Position numbers and translations under genes: made by a program
Shown: positions 38,401 through 47,151 of the stretch, in pieces
Layout: every line of letters begins with the position of its first letter
Position numbering within the stretch: position 1 is the stretch's first letter
The notes under the pieces: generated by a model
The model's database searches: none
The model's input: the letters and a program-made list of their open reading frames with translations, nothing else
What the model was told of the DNA's origin: nothing
Source of the DNA: an uncultured Enterobacterales bacterium
GTDB lineage: Bacteria > Myxococcota_A > UBA796 > CAJQPC01
DNA length: 64,000 nucleotides
Direction of reading: 5' to 3'
Assembly: GCA_964567625.1 (NCBI GenBank)
Contig: CAZMNK010000003.1
Span: 10,781 to 74,780, forward strand

Positions 38401-38913
38401 CGGCAACCAGGGCGGGGCCCCGGCGGGGTCCTCGGATCCCTCCAACCAGCCCAGGACCTCTGCCTCACGCCAGGTCACTACCCGGTCCAACACGTCGGCC
38501 AGCATCCGCACCAGGGCGTGGTCCCGGGCCTGTACCGCCTGGTCCTGGGGGCCCAGGTAGTCCCGAAGGGGCTCAAACCCCGGTTGTGCCACCAGGGCCG
38601 GCAGGAGCTCGTGAAGTGCCCAGGTCAGGCCATCGGGGGTCCAGCGGTCCTCCACATCGAGCCCGGGTTCCTCGCCCAGGGCAAGAGCAGTGATGCGGTT
38701 CACCGCGGTGGCCGGAAAGTCGAACACCACGTGGGCACAGATGCCCAGGTGATCGGCCAGCCGATGCCGGAGCCACTGGGCCATGCCTCCACTGCCGACG
38801 ACCACGTGGCTCGCCTCGAAGACGTCCACAGGCTGCGTGCGCCGCATCAACTCGGCGAGCAGGGAGGCCAGGACTTCCACTCGGTTGCTGCGGTAGACAT
38901 ACAGTCCGGGCAT
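35434..38913 (-). CDS. recC: Exodeoxyribonuclease V gamma subunit
   Basis: The N-terminus MPGLYVYRSNRVEVLASLLAELM parallels the RecC N-terminus. 1159 aa, and positioned first in the recC-recB-recD order. Confidence 0.85.
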   Translation of the reverse strand: MPGLYVYRSNRVEVLASLLAELMRRTQPVDVFEASHVVVGSGGMAQWLRHRLADHLGICAHVVFDFPATAVNRITALALGEEPGLDVEDRWTPDGLTWALHELLPALVAQPGFEPLRDYLGPQDQAVQARDHALVRMLADVLDRVVTWREAEVLGWLEGSEDPAGAPPWLPALFREVAEVLLVDVQDLRALRQLRARTNPEETWSQPLRVFGVSSLPPSWVNLLAGVSRVVDVELFLMCPSEVWWAELRGRIDPSWLERGPEDPLLRQDELHPLLQSLGRVARAQQVLLESLPDQYLEAPGKEWSSSRDDFFVDPARDSSTALRLLQGDLLRARRPEEPHQVAPGDRTLSFHLCHGPTRQVEVLRDVLLHLLDDHRDLEPRDVVVMTPDIDTYAPLITAVFEAGREVPLSSGSWGPGGAPRLPYEIVDLSLRRTNPVAEALLSVLALAEGRMPASEVLDLLSLEPVRRRFGLDAEGLAQVRAWVVQSGIRWGVDQDHRAAEGQPKDRGNTWAFGLERLLLGVVMGEEGGLWEPEAGGDPVRPVDDVEGSAGKVLNGFVSFCAVLSGHLEGLQEPRTLAEWLKACEGVLQDLVRVPPSAGWLTRRVRQVLGALAEPAASCTRAVTLRALREDMAGRFEVPLVTDREQSGAITFCAMVPMRSIPARVVCLLGMDDGAFPRSPAVMGFDPTSASPRLTDRNARDEDRALLLEALLSARDHLVVLSTGRDLHSNEERAPAAPIGELRDVLDTTFSPIGGRRPSVAWTTEHALQAFSPRAFTAGGVDPSDPARPWSYDLRLLAGASVTGTWDRQVPPFFSGNPAPAAPDGRPVIHLDDLIAFLKAPTRTVLREGLGIVLRDEVGGVEDREPVELDNLENWNLRQALLKNLGETDLGARLRAEGSLPLGTNGTFLLEDLHEQVLELRAGADPWAGSLEAPHTPEPPLDLHLELDQAVLTGRLEDLFGDHQVTVDVSGQSPTRSLASWVRLQARQMAEPERLCEAVHITRDSQRGPQTQRLRTPGATPADRRKAAQTYLEGVVGLYLAARSGPLMLFEHASAAFARALGEAWTAEDFEEGMPPAVTPEQAEVIRQALGQAERAFENPGSDWSRGDLDDPAVAMAWREGCPFVEGHGPTRRVSPEFAAIALTVWQGLEAGQVKESTP

Positions 38914-39022
38914 ACCGACTCCTCCTGGCCTCAGAAGACGTAGCCGAAGACAAATGGCCCGCCCATTGCAATCGCGAGGAGCGGGCCAGAAATCGTCCGG
39001 GCCGTAGACCCGGACCCGGCGA

Positions 39023-40270
39023 TCAGCCCTGGTATGCCTGGATCAGGATGTCGGCGGTGGCCTTGCGCATGATCCGTGGATCCGGCCTCTCTCCTTCGAT
39101 CAGGCTCGCCCGGACCTTGGTCCCGGAGATGAAGAAGGGCTTCTCTTCCGAGTGGTTCTTCATCAGGTCCACGCGACCCATGGAGTCGTAGTAGGCCGCA
39201 AACCCGACCTTGACCGGCTCGATGGCGAGCTCGCCACCAAGATTGCTGAAGATCTCCTGGGCATCGAAGTCACCCCAGATCGGAGTCTTGTCGTGGTAGG
39301 GCGCGTCGGCGTGCTTCCGGCCGATGACGATGTGGGAGAAGCCGTGGTTCTGACGGTAGATGGCGTGCATGACCGCCTCGGAGGGACCGCCGTAGGCCAT
39401 CTTGATGTCCAGGCCGACCAGGTGGAAGACATCGTTGATGTCGTACCCGACCTTTTCCCACAGGGAGTTGTCGCTGTCCCCGGTACCCAGACCGCGGCCA
39501 TCCTTCAGCGCCTCGTAGGTCCGCATGCGAATGGCGGCAGTCACATCGTCGCCCTTGAGCTGGCCCACCAGGGGGTTGAGGAACACGCCGGTGAACTTTC
39601 CTGCCCGGGTGAGCTGCTCGGCCCCGTAGACCAGCGCGTATTCGTGGGCGCGGTGCAGCGGGTTCCGGGTCTGGAAGGCCAGGGCGGCCTGGTACTGGCA
39701 ATCGGCGATGAGGGCCCGGGTCAACCGGGGGCTGGTGACGTACTCGTCAAACGCCGGATCGCTGACGCTGGGGAGCGTCTGGATGCGTCCACCCACCAGC
39801 TTGCTGCGCGGGTCGTTGACCACGATGTCCCCACCTGGGTGGTCCAGGCGGGTCGTGCCGTAGACCTTTTCGATGTAGCGGGCCTTGTCCCAGTTGTAGA
39901 TCGAGGTGACCTCGAGCATCGCAACCGGCTCACCAGCGCTGTTGAGAATCGCCGCGGTGCCACCGATGGAAAGGCCAGCAGCCTCTTCCGCCGTGATCGG
40001 CAGAGCCGCCGGAATCGTCCAGGCGTAGTTCACGCCGTTGTAGGTGATGTTCTTCTGGTCGAGGACCTGGTTGTATTCGGCCTCGCCCATCGGCCCATCC
40101 AACGGGGACAGGGTGCCGTCGCCCAGCCGGTAGACCAGGGAGAGATCGGCATCGGTGACGGCGATCTTCGGCATGCCGGCTGCTTCGGCCAGGAAGGCCT
40201 TGCGGCGGTTCAGCGGAATGACGTTGTTGACGGGCTGATCAAGACCGCCATGGGCGGGGACAAGTGACAT
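39023..40270 (-). CDS. sat: Sulfate adenylyltransferase (ATP sulfurylase, homo-oligomeric type)
   Basis: [15 protein letters not shown] and [11 protein letters not shown] (HxxH-like and GRD-like motifs) within a PUA-like plus catalytic architecture. Start at ATG 40270. The 840-aa track ORF is a chimera with the antisense of bioA. Confidence 0.85.
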   Translation of the reverse strand: MSLVPAHGGLDQPVNNVIPLNRRKAFLAEAAGMPKIAVTDADLSLVYRLGDGTLSPLDGPMGEAEYNQVLDQKNITYNGVNYAWTIPAALPITAEEAAGLSIGGTAAILNSAGEPVAMLEVTSIYNWDKARYIEKVYGTTRLDHPGGDIVVNDPRSKLVGGRIQTLPSVSDPAFDEYVTSPRLTRALIADCQYQAALAFQTRNPLHRAHEYALVYGAEQLTRAGKFTGVFLNPLVGQLKGDDVTAAIRMRTYEALKDGRGLGTGDSDNSLWEKVGYDINDVFHLVGLDIKMAYGGPSEAVMHAIYRQNHGFSHIVIGRKHADAPYHDKTPIWGDFDAQEIFSNLGGELAIEPVKVGFAAYYDSMGRVDLMKNHSEEKPFFISGTKVRASLIEGERPDPRIMRKATADILIQAYQG

Positions 40271-40357
40271 GAGGATGCTCCAGGCAGGAATGGCCGGCCC
40301 ATTAACCTGATGAGGGGTACTCTCTGCAACCCAAAGAGGCCGAGATAGATACCCCTC

Positions 40358-41671
40358 ATGGATCAGAAAGCCCTCTCTCGGCTGGACCGGAAGCACCTCT
40401 GGCACCCATTCACCCAGCAGGAAAGTTGGGTGGACTCCGATCCCCTGGTGATCGCCTCCGCCGATGGCTGCGAACTGATCGGGGCCGACGGACGACGCTA
40501 TCTCGACGGCGTGGGAAGCCTGTGGGTGGGGGTCCATGGCCACCGTCACCCGGCCGTGGATGCCGCGGTCCGCGACCAGTTGGATCAGGTGGCCCACACC
40601 ACCCTGCTGGGACTGAGTCATCCGAGTGCGATTCGACTGGCCGGCCTGTTGGCCCAGGTGGCGCCAGAGGGCCTGGAGCGGACGTTCTACAGCGACAGCG
40701 GGTCGACAGCGGTCGAGATCGCCCTGAAGATGGCGTTCCAGTGGCACCAGCAGCAGGGGGACACCAGGCGATTCCGCTTCGCCTCGCTGTCCAACGCCTA
40801 CCACGGAGACACCGTGGGCGCGGTCTCGGTGGGAGGCATCGACCTCTTTCACGCGGTCTACAAGCCCCTGCTCTTCGATCGGATCGCTCTCCGCGCACCG
40901 CGTTTTCGAGAGAACGAAGAAGCCCTGGCCGCCGAGGCCGTGAAGCGCCTGGAAGAGGTCGGGGACCAGGTCGCAGCGGTCATCGTCGAGCCCCTGGTCC
41001 AGGGTGCGGCGGGAATGCTCATGCACTCCCCGACCTACCTGAGACCGGTACTGGAGGCTGCTCGAAGAATGGGAGCCCTGGTCATCGTCGACGAGGTAGC
41101 CACTGGACTGGGACGGACAGGCACCATGTTCGCCATCGAACAGGTGGGCATCTCCCCCGACCTGCTGTGCCTCGGCAAGGGCCTCAGCAACGGGTACCTG
41201 CCTCTCGCTGCCACCCTGGCCACCGAAGAGATCTACGAGGGATTTCTGGGCGCAGGCGACCGGACCTTCTTCCATGGGCACACCTTCACCGGCAATCCCC
41301 TGGCCTGCGCAGCGGCTGTGGCCTGCCTGGAGACCTTCACCACCGAGGGCACCCTGGACCATGTGGCCTCCCTGGTCCCCAAACTGACCGCAGGGCTGGC
41401 CGACCTGCGCACCCGCCATCCGGCGATCTGGCAGGTCCGACAACACGGCCTGATGACCGGGGTCGAACTGCGCGCCGCCGACGGCACGGCCTTTGACCCG
41501 TCCGCCCGCATCGGTCACCGGGTCGCAATGGCCGCCCGCACCCATGGAGCCGTACTACGACCGCTGGGCGATACCATGGTGCTCATGCCCCCACCCTGCT
41601 TTCAGGAGGTTCACCTGGCCCGGCTTCTCGATGCCCTCGGTCTGGCACTCCGCGACATTCTCGGTCCCTGA
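40358..41671 (+). CDS. bioA: Adenosylmethionine-8-amino-7-oxononanoate aminotransferase
   Basis: LWHPFTQ...[15 protein letters not shown]...[17 protein letters not shown]...[11 protein letters not shown]...[12 protein letters not shown] (PLP lysine). Confidence 0.85.
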   Translation: MDQKALSRLDRKHLWHPFTQQESWVDSDPLVIASADGCELIGADGRRYLDGVGSLWVGVHGHRHPAVDAAVRDQLDQVAHTTLLGLSHPSAIRLAGLLAQVAPEGLERTFYSDSGSTAVEIALKMAFQWHQQQGDTRRFRFASLSNAYHGDTVGAVSVGGIDLFHAVYKPLLFDRIALRAPRFRENEEALAAEAVKRLEEVGDQVAAVIVEPLVQGAAGMLMHSPTYLRPVLEAARRMGALVIVDEVATGLGRTGTMFAIEQVGISPDLLCLGKGLSNGYLPLAATLATEEIYEGFLGAGDRTFFHGHTFTGNPLACAAAVACLETFTTEGTLDHVASLVPKLTAGLADLRTRHPAIWQVRQHGLMTGVELRAADGTAFDPSARIGHRVAMAARTHGAVLRPLGDTMVLMPPPCFQEVHLARLLDALGLALRDILGP

Positions 41672-41716
41672 GTCGATGGCACGGACATTCCTCGCCACCA
41701 GGACCGGCATACTAAA

Positions 41717-43486
41717 ATGGCGCCGTCCGTCCACTCGGGTTGCGGAATGGGGCTGAAAGGCAAGCAGTGGGCCTGGCGGGCGTGTGTCCCCTGGCTGTTC
41801 GTTTCCGGCCCCAGCCTGGCCCAGAACGCGGACACCCTGACACTGTCCGGCGGCATCTACGACGACCAGGGCACCCTGCAGTTGGAAAGCCCCTCGGTCG
41901 GCGAAGCCGACTCCTGGTACCTGGGTGTGGGCATGTCCTACGCCGACGACCCGGTGGTGGCCGAGTACCCGGACGGCAGCGTGGAAGACCTCCTCCAGGT
42001 CCATCTCGCCACCCATGTCCTCGGCGGGTACAACGTGCTCGGCCTGGTACGAGTGGACGTCGATGCACCCCTCTACCCCTACGTCCGGCGCGAAGACACC
42101 GGCTTTCGGGCCCTTGGCGATCTGCGCATCTCGGCCACTGTGCCCTTGTGGAGCCATGCCCCCAGCGCCACCGACCTGGCCCTGGTCCCCCAGGTGACAG
42201 CCCCCACCGGAACTCCGGACCTGTTCGTGAGCGACGAGGGTTTCACGGGCAGCCTGACCGGGGTCGCGGGCGGCAAGGTGCTCGGCCTGGGGTGGGTCGC
42301 AAACCTGGGCCTGGAAGCTGGAGCCCCCACCAACGCTGGCGACACCACCCCCAACCTCCACCTCCAGGGAGGCGTCGGGCTCCACTACCGCTTCAACGAC
42401 CTGGTGCTGGCCGGCGCCGAAGTGGACGCCCTGGCCAGGGTCCTCGGGGAGGAGGGCCCCGACCACCCCGTCGAGGGACACGCCTATGGGACCCTGAAGC
42501 ACCGGTCGGGGCTTCGAGCCACCATGGCCGCAGGAGCTGGCCTCATCGCCGGTGTGGGTTCCCCCGACTGGCGAGTCGTGGCCGGCGTGGCCTGGGGAAG
42601 CCCCGGAAGACCAGCCGACATGGACGGGGACGGCCTGGCCGACGCCAGGGACCGCTGCGTGGACAGTCCCGAGGATCCCGATGACTTCGAGGACAGTGAC
42701 GGCTGTCCGGACAAAGACAACGACCAGGACGGAATTCCAGACCCCCAGGACGCCTGCCCGAATGCGCCGGAGGACTTTGACGACTGGCACGACGTGGACG
42801 GTTGCCCGGACCCGGACAATGACCAGGACGGCATGGTGGACTCCGAGGACGAGTGCCCTGTCCTGGCGGGCCCCATCGAGACCTGGGGTTGCCCGGACAT
42901 GGATGGCGACACCGTCATCGATCCGGAAGACAACTGTCCCGAAGAACTGGGCATCCCCGATCTCGGTGGATGTCCCGACTCAGATGGGGACAATGTCCCC
43001 GATTTTCGAGATGCCTGCCCCGAAGAGGCCGCCGATGCCCGGGTAAATCCCCGCTTCAGCGATGGCTGCTCTGCCCGAGTGCTGGTGGGCATGAGACAGA
43101 TCCACTTCGACGAGAAGATCTTCTTCGACTTTGCCAAGAGCACCATCCGACCGGTGAGCCACGACCTGCTCTACGAGATCGGCGAACTGCTCCTGCGCTA
43201 CCCGGAGATCAGTTCGATCGAGGTCGGCGGTCACACCGACTCGGTCGGCTCCGATGCCTTCAACCTCGAACTGTCCGGCCTGCGGGCCCAGTCCGTGGTC
43301 GCCTTCCTGGAACAGGAGGTCGGGGTTTCCGTGGGCGTGCTGAACCCCGTGGGCTACGGCGAGACCCTGCCCATCGCGACCAACGAAACCGAGGCCGGCC
43401 GCGGTGCGAACCGCCGAGTGGCCTTCTCCATCCTGCAACAAGACGCCGAGGAACCCTCCTCTGAGCGCTCCGACCGGGCCCCTTGA
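41717..43486 (+). CDS. OmpA-family outer-membrane protein with thrombospondin type-3 repeats
   Basis: About 8 repeats of D-x-D-x-DG-x-x-D-x-x-D-x-CP (for example DMDGDGLADARDRC, DKDNDQDGIPDPQDACP). The C-terminal OmpA domain reads GHTDSVGSDAFNLELSGLRAQSV...NRRV. The signal peptide probably starts at M11 (41747). Confidence 0.8.
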   Translation: MAPSVHSGCGMGLKGKQWAWRACVPWLFVSGPSLAQNADTLTLSGGIYDDQGTLQLESPSVGEADSWYLGVGMSYADDPVVAEYPDGSVEDLLQVHLATHVLGGYNVLGLVRVDVDAPLYPYVRREDTGFRALGDLRISATVPLWSHAPSATDLALVPQVTAPTGTPDLFVSDEGFTGSLTGVAGGKVLGLGWVANLGLEAGAPTNAGDTTPNLHLQGGVGLHYRFNDLVLAGAEVDALARVLGEEGPDHPVEGHAYGTLKHRSGLRATMAAGAGLIAGVGSPDWRVVAGVAWGSPGRPADMDGDGLADARDRCVDSPEDPDDFEDSDGCPDKDNDQDGIPDPQDACPNAPEDFDDWHDVDGCPDPDNDQDGMVDSEDECPVLAGPIETWGCPDMDGDTVIDPEDNCPEELGIPDLGGCPDSDGDNVPDFRDACPEEAADARVNPRFSDGCSARVLVGMRQIHFDEKIFFDFAKSTIRPVSHDLLYEIGELLLRYPEISSIEVGGHTDSVGSDAFNLELSGLRAQSVVAFLEQEVGVSVGVLNPVGYGETLPIATNETEAGRGANRRVAFSILQQDAEEPSSERSDRAP

Positions 43487-43547
43487 ACAGGCCCCGTCCT
43501 TCGATGGTACTGATGCCGTGCGCCGGAACGGCCACCGGCCCACGAGG

Positions 43548-44432
43548 ATGCCTGCGATGATCGCCTTGCTCGGATTCCTGCTCCCCGCTCTGGCCGGCAC
43601 CGAGGTCACTGCCCTGGACTCGGGATCGGTCTACTGGGTGAACACCGACCAGGACTGTGCCACGGCAGAGACCGGGAGCGCCGTGGCCATCGCCACCGTC
43701 ACCCTGGACGACGATTCAGTCGCCAGCCTGGAGGAACTGACCCTCGAGGTGGGCGCTGCCTACAGCACCTGCGCCGTGGTGCTGGACACCGTGACCCTGA
43801 CCTGGAACGGAGACCTTCTCTGGAGCGAGACCATCGACCAGACCGCCTCAGGAGCTGACGAGTGCACGTGGGCCATCGCGCTGACCTATTTCCCCGCCGG
43901 TTTCGAACGACAACTCGTCACTGCCAATGTCCACCAGTTGAGCATCGAGGTCACCGGCGAGCTGGAGGACAGCTGCTCCGCCATCCAGGCCCGGGTCACC
44001 GGCAACCTGGTGAACGGCACCGACTGGGACGATGACGGGCACCTGGACCCACTCGTGGGTGGCGATGATTGCGACGACACCGACCCGGCGATCAGTCCCG
44101 AGGCCGAAGAGACCTGGTACGACGGTGTGGACCAGAACTGCGACGGAAACGACGACGACCAGGACGCCGATGGCTGGAGCTACCAGGAAGACTGTGACGA
44201 CACGGATCCCGAGATCTACCCGGGCTCGCCCGGGTGGGACGCGGACTGCAACGAACTGTCCACCGAGGATCCGGGTTGGACCTCCGACGGCACCGAGGAA
44301 GAGGAGGACTACACCCTGGGGGGCGGCGGGGGTCTCCATTGCGCCACCTCGAGAACCCCGCTCGGTGCAGGCTGGATCCTGGCAATGATCGGGCTCCTGG
44401 GCTGGCGCCGCAGGGACAGGCACACCCGCTAG
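43548..44432 (+). CDS. Secreted Cys-rich 'putative metal-binding motif' repeat protein with a MYXO-CTERM-like sorting tail
   Basis: Signal MPAMIALLGFLLPALAG, with GAGGA upstream. Repeats DCDDTDPAISPEAEETWYDGVDQNCDGNDDD and DCDDTDPEIYPGSPGWDADCN. The C-terminus GGGGGLHCATSRTPLGAGWILAMIGLLGWRRRDR has a Gly-rich stretch, a Cys, a hydrophobic helix and an Arg cluster. Confidence 0.7.
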   Translation: MPAMIALLGFLLPALAGTEVTALDSGSVYWVNTDQDCATAETGSAVAIATVTLDDDSVASLEELTLEVGAAYSTCAVVLDTVTLTWNGDLLWSETIDQTASGADECTWAIALTYFPAGFERQLVTANVHQLSIEVTGELEDSCSAIQARVTGNLVNGTDWDDDGHLDPLVGGDDCDDTDPAISPEAEETWYDGVDQNCDGNDDDQDADGWSYQEDCDDTDPEIYPGSPGWDADCNELSTEDPGWTSDGTEEEEDYTLGGGGGLHCATSRTPLGAGWILAMIGLLGWRRRDRHTR

Positions 44433-44740
44433 CGCCTTCGGGCCTGCTCCAGCTTGATCCGGATGGCCGAGTCCCGACGGCTGATCTCCCGCAGCAGGCG
44501 GTCCCGCTCCAGCGGTTCCGTGCAGGCGCGGAGTTCTTCCTTGAGGGCTCCAAGGGCCTTGAGGGCCGTCACCTCTCCCGGCGCCACATCGGCGTTCTTG
44601 AGGATCCGATGGGCCATGCGCATCTCCTCCGGTACGGCCAGGTCATCGTCCAGGACCAGGGGCTTGCCCCGGCCGGGAAGATTGTCAAAGGCGCCATCTC
44701 GCCGAGCCTGTTCGATAATGGCTTCCAGGTGCAAGGCCAT
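44429..44740 (-). CDS. DnaJ-family-associated DUF1992 protein (YhdN-like)
   Basis: IIEQARRDGAFDNLPGRGKPLVLDDD matches the DUF1992 signature (G-x-F-D-N-L-x-G-x-G-K-P-L). 103 aa. Confidence 0.7.
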   Translation of the reverse strand: MALHLEAIIEQARRDGAFDNLPGRGKPLVLDDDLAVPEEMRMAHRILKNADVAPGEVTALKALGALKEELRACTEPLERDRLLREISRRDSAIRIKLEQARRR

Positions 44741-44917
44741 CGCTTCCTCCAGGGGTTTTCAGGGTCAGGGCTTCTTCACCAGGGTCAACTCTCTCGTGGC
44801 AGGGTGGTCTACGAAACGACCCGGTTCCTAGTGCTCCCCTGCAGCAAGAAAGAGCGAAGAATGGCTTTGACCCGTTCGGGGGACAACCACATGAGGGGCA
44901 CACGTTAGAACCGTGCC

Positions 44918-45290
44918 ATGCGTGAAGAAGACTGTTCCTGGCAACACGGCGTCGTCCTGATCTGCACCAATGAGCGCGAACCGGGCCACGCCAAACCCTC
45001 TTGCGGTCGTGCAAAAAGGCAAGCGTCTGAAGGGCTGGCTGAAGTCTGCCGCCCGGGCGGAATCCGGGCCGGTCTCACAGTGCCGGGTCCTGGAAACCAG
45101 TTGCCTGGACACCTGTCCCGCCGATGGCCTCACGGTGGCCCTGGTGCCCGGCAACCAGATCCTGCTGGTCGATCCCGAGACCGATCGCCAGGCACTCCTG
45201 GACCGTGTCAAGGAACACATGGAGACGGTCACCAGCGGAGACACTCGATCCGGCGCACGGCGAGTCCTCTCCAAGCTGCGCAGACGATGA
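44918..45290 (+). pseudogene. Thioredoxin-like [2Fe-2S] ferredoxin paralog interrupted by an apparent +1 frameshift in an A5 run (45013..45017)
   Basis: Frame of 44918: MREEDCSWQHGVVLICTNEREPGHAKPSCGRAK. Frame of 44970, from 45018: GKRLKGWLKSAARAESGPVSQCRVLETSCLDTCPADGLTVALVPGNQ...stop 45290. Joined by skipping one A, they reproduce the C-x12-C...C-x3-C pattern and align along their length with the 1398..1712 ferredoxin (HILVCQNRRPPGHPKGSCG...NCLGPCADG). Confidence 0.6.
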
Positions 45291-46189
45291 TGCGCCTGTG
45301 CTGGCTGGCCATGGCCCTGGTGCTGTCGGGTCCAGTCCAGGCCCAACAACTCAAGCACGACATCGAGAAGGGTGGCGGCCAGTGGCGCTTCACGGTGGTC
45401 TGGAAGGACGCCGAGGGTCAGCGCAACAAGGCGAAGTTCACCCTGCCTGCCGAGGGAATCAAGGAGGACCTGGAAGAACCGGTGTACGTGGGACTCGAGA
45501 AGATGTCCAAGGTGGCGGTCCGGGACATCAATCAGCACGACTTCGGCAAGGGCGTCCGCTGTGAGGCCAGCGCCAAGGGACTGGCGATCAAGTGGAACTG
45601 CACCGCGAACAAGCCGGAAAAGCGCGAGCGCGCGATGAAGGAATGCCAGGAGATCTACGACGACCGGGCCGAGATCTGGATGAAACGGCACGGCATGAAG
45701 GAATTGGAGAACGGCCGGATCGGCATCGACTGGGGCCGACACGTCCAGGACTATGCCCGGCCCCTGGCACCGGTGGTTGAGGGACTGGGGGGAGCCACTG
45801 CGGATCCCCGGGACTTCGCGAGCAAGGCCCTGGGTTTCGTGCAGACCATCCCCTACGAGACCCGAGGCAAGAAGCCCGACAAATTCCGGCGACCGCTGTC
45901 GATCCTGGGCCGCAACCGAGGCGACTGCGACAGCAAGACCGTGTTGTTCCTGGCCCTGATGCACCAGGCCTACCCAGAGCTGGGACTGGGGGTGATCGCA
46001 ATCCGAAAGCACGCCTTTGGGGCCCTGGCTCTCGCCCCTGAACCCGGGGAGACCTCGGTGCGGATCGACGGGGAGAAGTGGGTGGCAGTGGAGCCGGTCG
46101 GTCCGGCCCAGAACGAGATCGGCTCCGTGGGCAGGCACTCCAGGCGGGCCCTGCGCCTTCGTCGATACAAGGTCATAGACGCCAACTGA
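45287..46189 (+). CDS. Secreted transglutaminase-like / papain-fold cysteine protein
   Basis: Signal MMRLCWLAMALVLSGPVQAQQ. A candidate catalytic Cys sits in LGRNRGDCDSKTVLFLALM, followed by ...IRKHAFGALA...WVAVEP. ATG 45287 overlaps the ferredoxin stop (ATGA). The 423-aa track ORF is an upstream read-through. Confidence 0.5.
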   Translation: MMRLCWLAMALVLSGPVQAQQLKHDIEKGGGQWRFTVVWKDAEGQRNKAKFTLPAEGIKEDLEEPVYVGLEKMSKVAVRDINQHDFGKGVRCEASAKGLAIKWNCTANKPEKRERAMKECQEIYDDRAEIWMKRHGMKELENGRIGIDWGRHVQDYARPLAPVVEGLGGATADPRDFASKALGFVQTIPYETRGKKPDKFRRPLSILGRNRGDCDSKTVLFLALMHQAYPELGLGVIAIRKHAFGALALAPEPGETSVRIDGEKWVAVEPVGPAQNEIGSVGRHSRRALRLRRYKVIDAN

Positions 46190-46341
46190 GTCGGCCGGAG
46201 ACGGGGTAGGGTGGTCCCCCCGGAGGCAACCATTGACCCCCCTGCTTCCCCTTTTGAACGCCTGCTCCGGCGCGACCGAGGACACCGGCGGGGAAATCGC
46301 CGAAGCCGTGGCGGTAAACATGGTCCTCAGTGCCCAGTTCA

Positions 46342-46698
46342 ATGTCGACTGAACCCCCACCCTACGCCACCGACCGGGTCACCCTGGAACGGGAGTCCCA
46401 GGTCTCCTTTCAACGCAGAGGGGGACCGGGAGGACAGCACCGGAACAAGGTGGAGACGGCGGTTCGTCTCTTCCACCCCCCCAGCGGGGTGACCATCCTG
46501 GCCAGTGCACACCGTAGCCAGTCCATGAATCGCGAGGAGGCCTTTGAGCGCCTGGCGGCCCAACTCAAGGCCCTCAACCATGTCCCCAGGGTCCGGCGAA
46601 AGACCCGACCCACACGAGGCTCCCAGCGACGCCGCCTGCAGACCAAGCGCAAGCGGTCCGAAACCAAGAAGAACCGCCGCAAGCCGACCCGGGACTGA
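46342..46698 (+). CDS. arfB: Peptidyl-tRNA hydrolase ArfB (alternative ribosome-rescue factor B)
   Basis: GGQ motif RGGPGGQHRNKVETAVRL, a central HRSQSMNREEAFERL and a basic C-terminal tail RRKTRPTRGSQRRRLQTKRKRSETKKNRRKP. Start is ATG 46342, or GTG 46330. Confidence 0.85.
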   Translation: MSTEPPPYATDRVTLERESQVSFQRRGGPGGQHRNKVETAVRLFHPPSGVTILASAHRSQSMNREEAFERLAAQLKALNHVPRVRRKTRPTRGSQRRRLQTKRKRSETKKNRRKPTRD

Positions 46699-46795
46699 GA
46701 GCAACCTGGAAGTACACCGAGGGTTGCCGGCTCCCCGGACCCTTGGGACCCCGCTTCAGTGTTATCCGAAACCACCCTCTGGCTTGGAGCCGCTG

Positions 46796-47151
46796 ATGCA
46801 GGACCCCCAGGAACTCTACGAACTGGTGGTGGACGCGGTTCACCAGGCCCTTCGGGACGAGGCGGGGGGCGGGGAACCACAACTCTCGGAACGGATGGTC
46901 TCCGGGGAATTGATCTTCCTGGACGACCAGGGTCGCCGGATCAAGGAGGTCCCGGTCCAGGCCCTCTTTCGAAAGGTCACCTCGGTCCGAGAAAAGCTCC
47001 GGGTCCTGGAGCAGAAGCTCAACAACCACGAGTCACTGAGTACCCAGGACAAGGCGGAACTCCAGGCCTACGTGACCCGCTGCTACGGCTCCCTGACCAC
47101 GTTCAATTTCCTCTTTCGGGACGACCGCGACCGCTTCAAGGGCACGGGCAA

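Noticed and set aside
38956-38987. Hairpin GGCCCGC...GCGGGCC between sat and recC as an intrinsic terminator
   Set aside because: It has only a 7-bp stem with an 18-nt loop and a weak U-tract on the minus strand. That is too weak to call without transcript-end data.
39023-41545. 840-aa minus-strand ORF in the track
   Set aside because: It is a chimera. Only the C-terminal 415 aa (from ATG 40270) are ATP sulfurylase. The N-terminal half is the antisense of the clearly recognisable bioA gene (40358..41671) and has a Gly/Val/His/Gln-rich artefact composition.
44918-46189. A single 423-aa plus-strand ORF read as one protein
   Set aside because: The frame stays open by chance between two genes. 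The N-terminal 32 aa belong to the frameshifted ferredoxin, the middle is nonsense (PGGIRAGLTVPGPGNQLPGHLSRRWPHGGPGARQ...), and the real downstream protein starts at the signal peptide MMRLCWLAMALV (45287).
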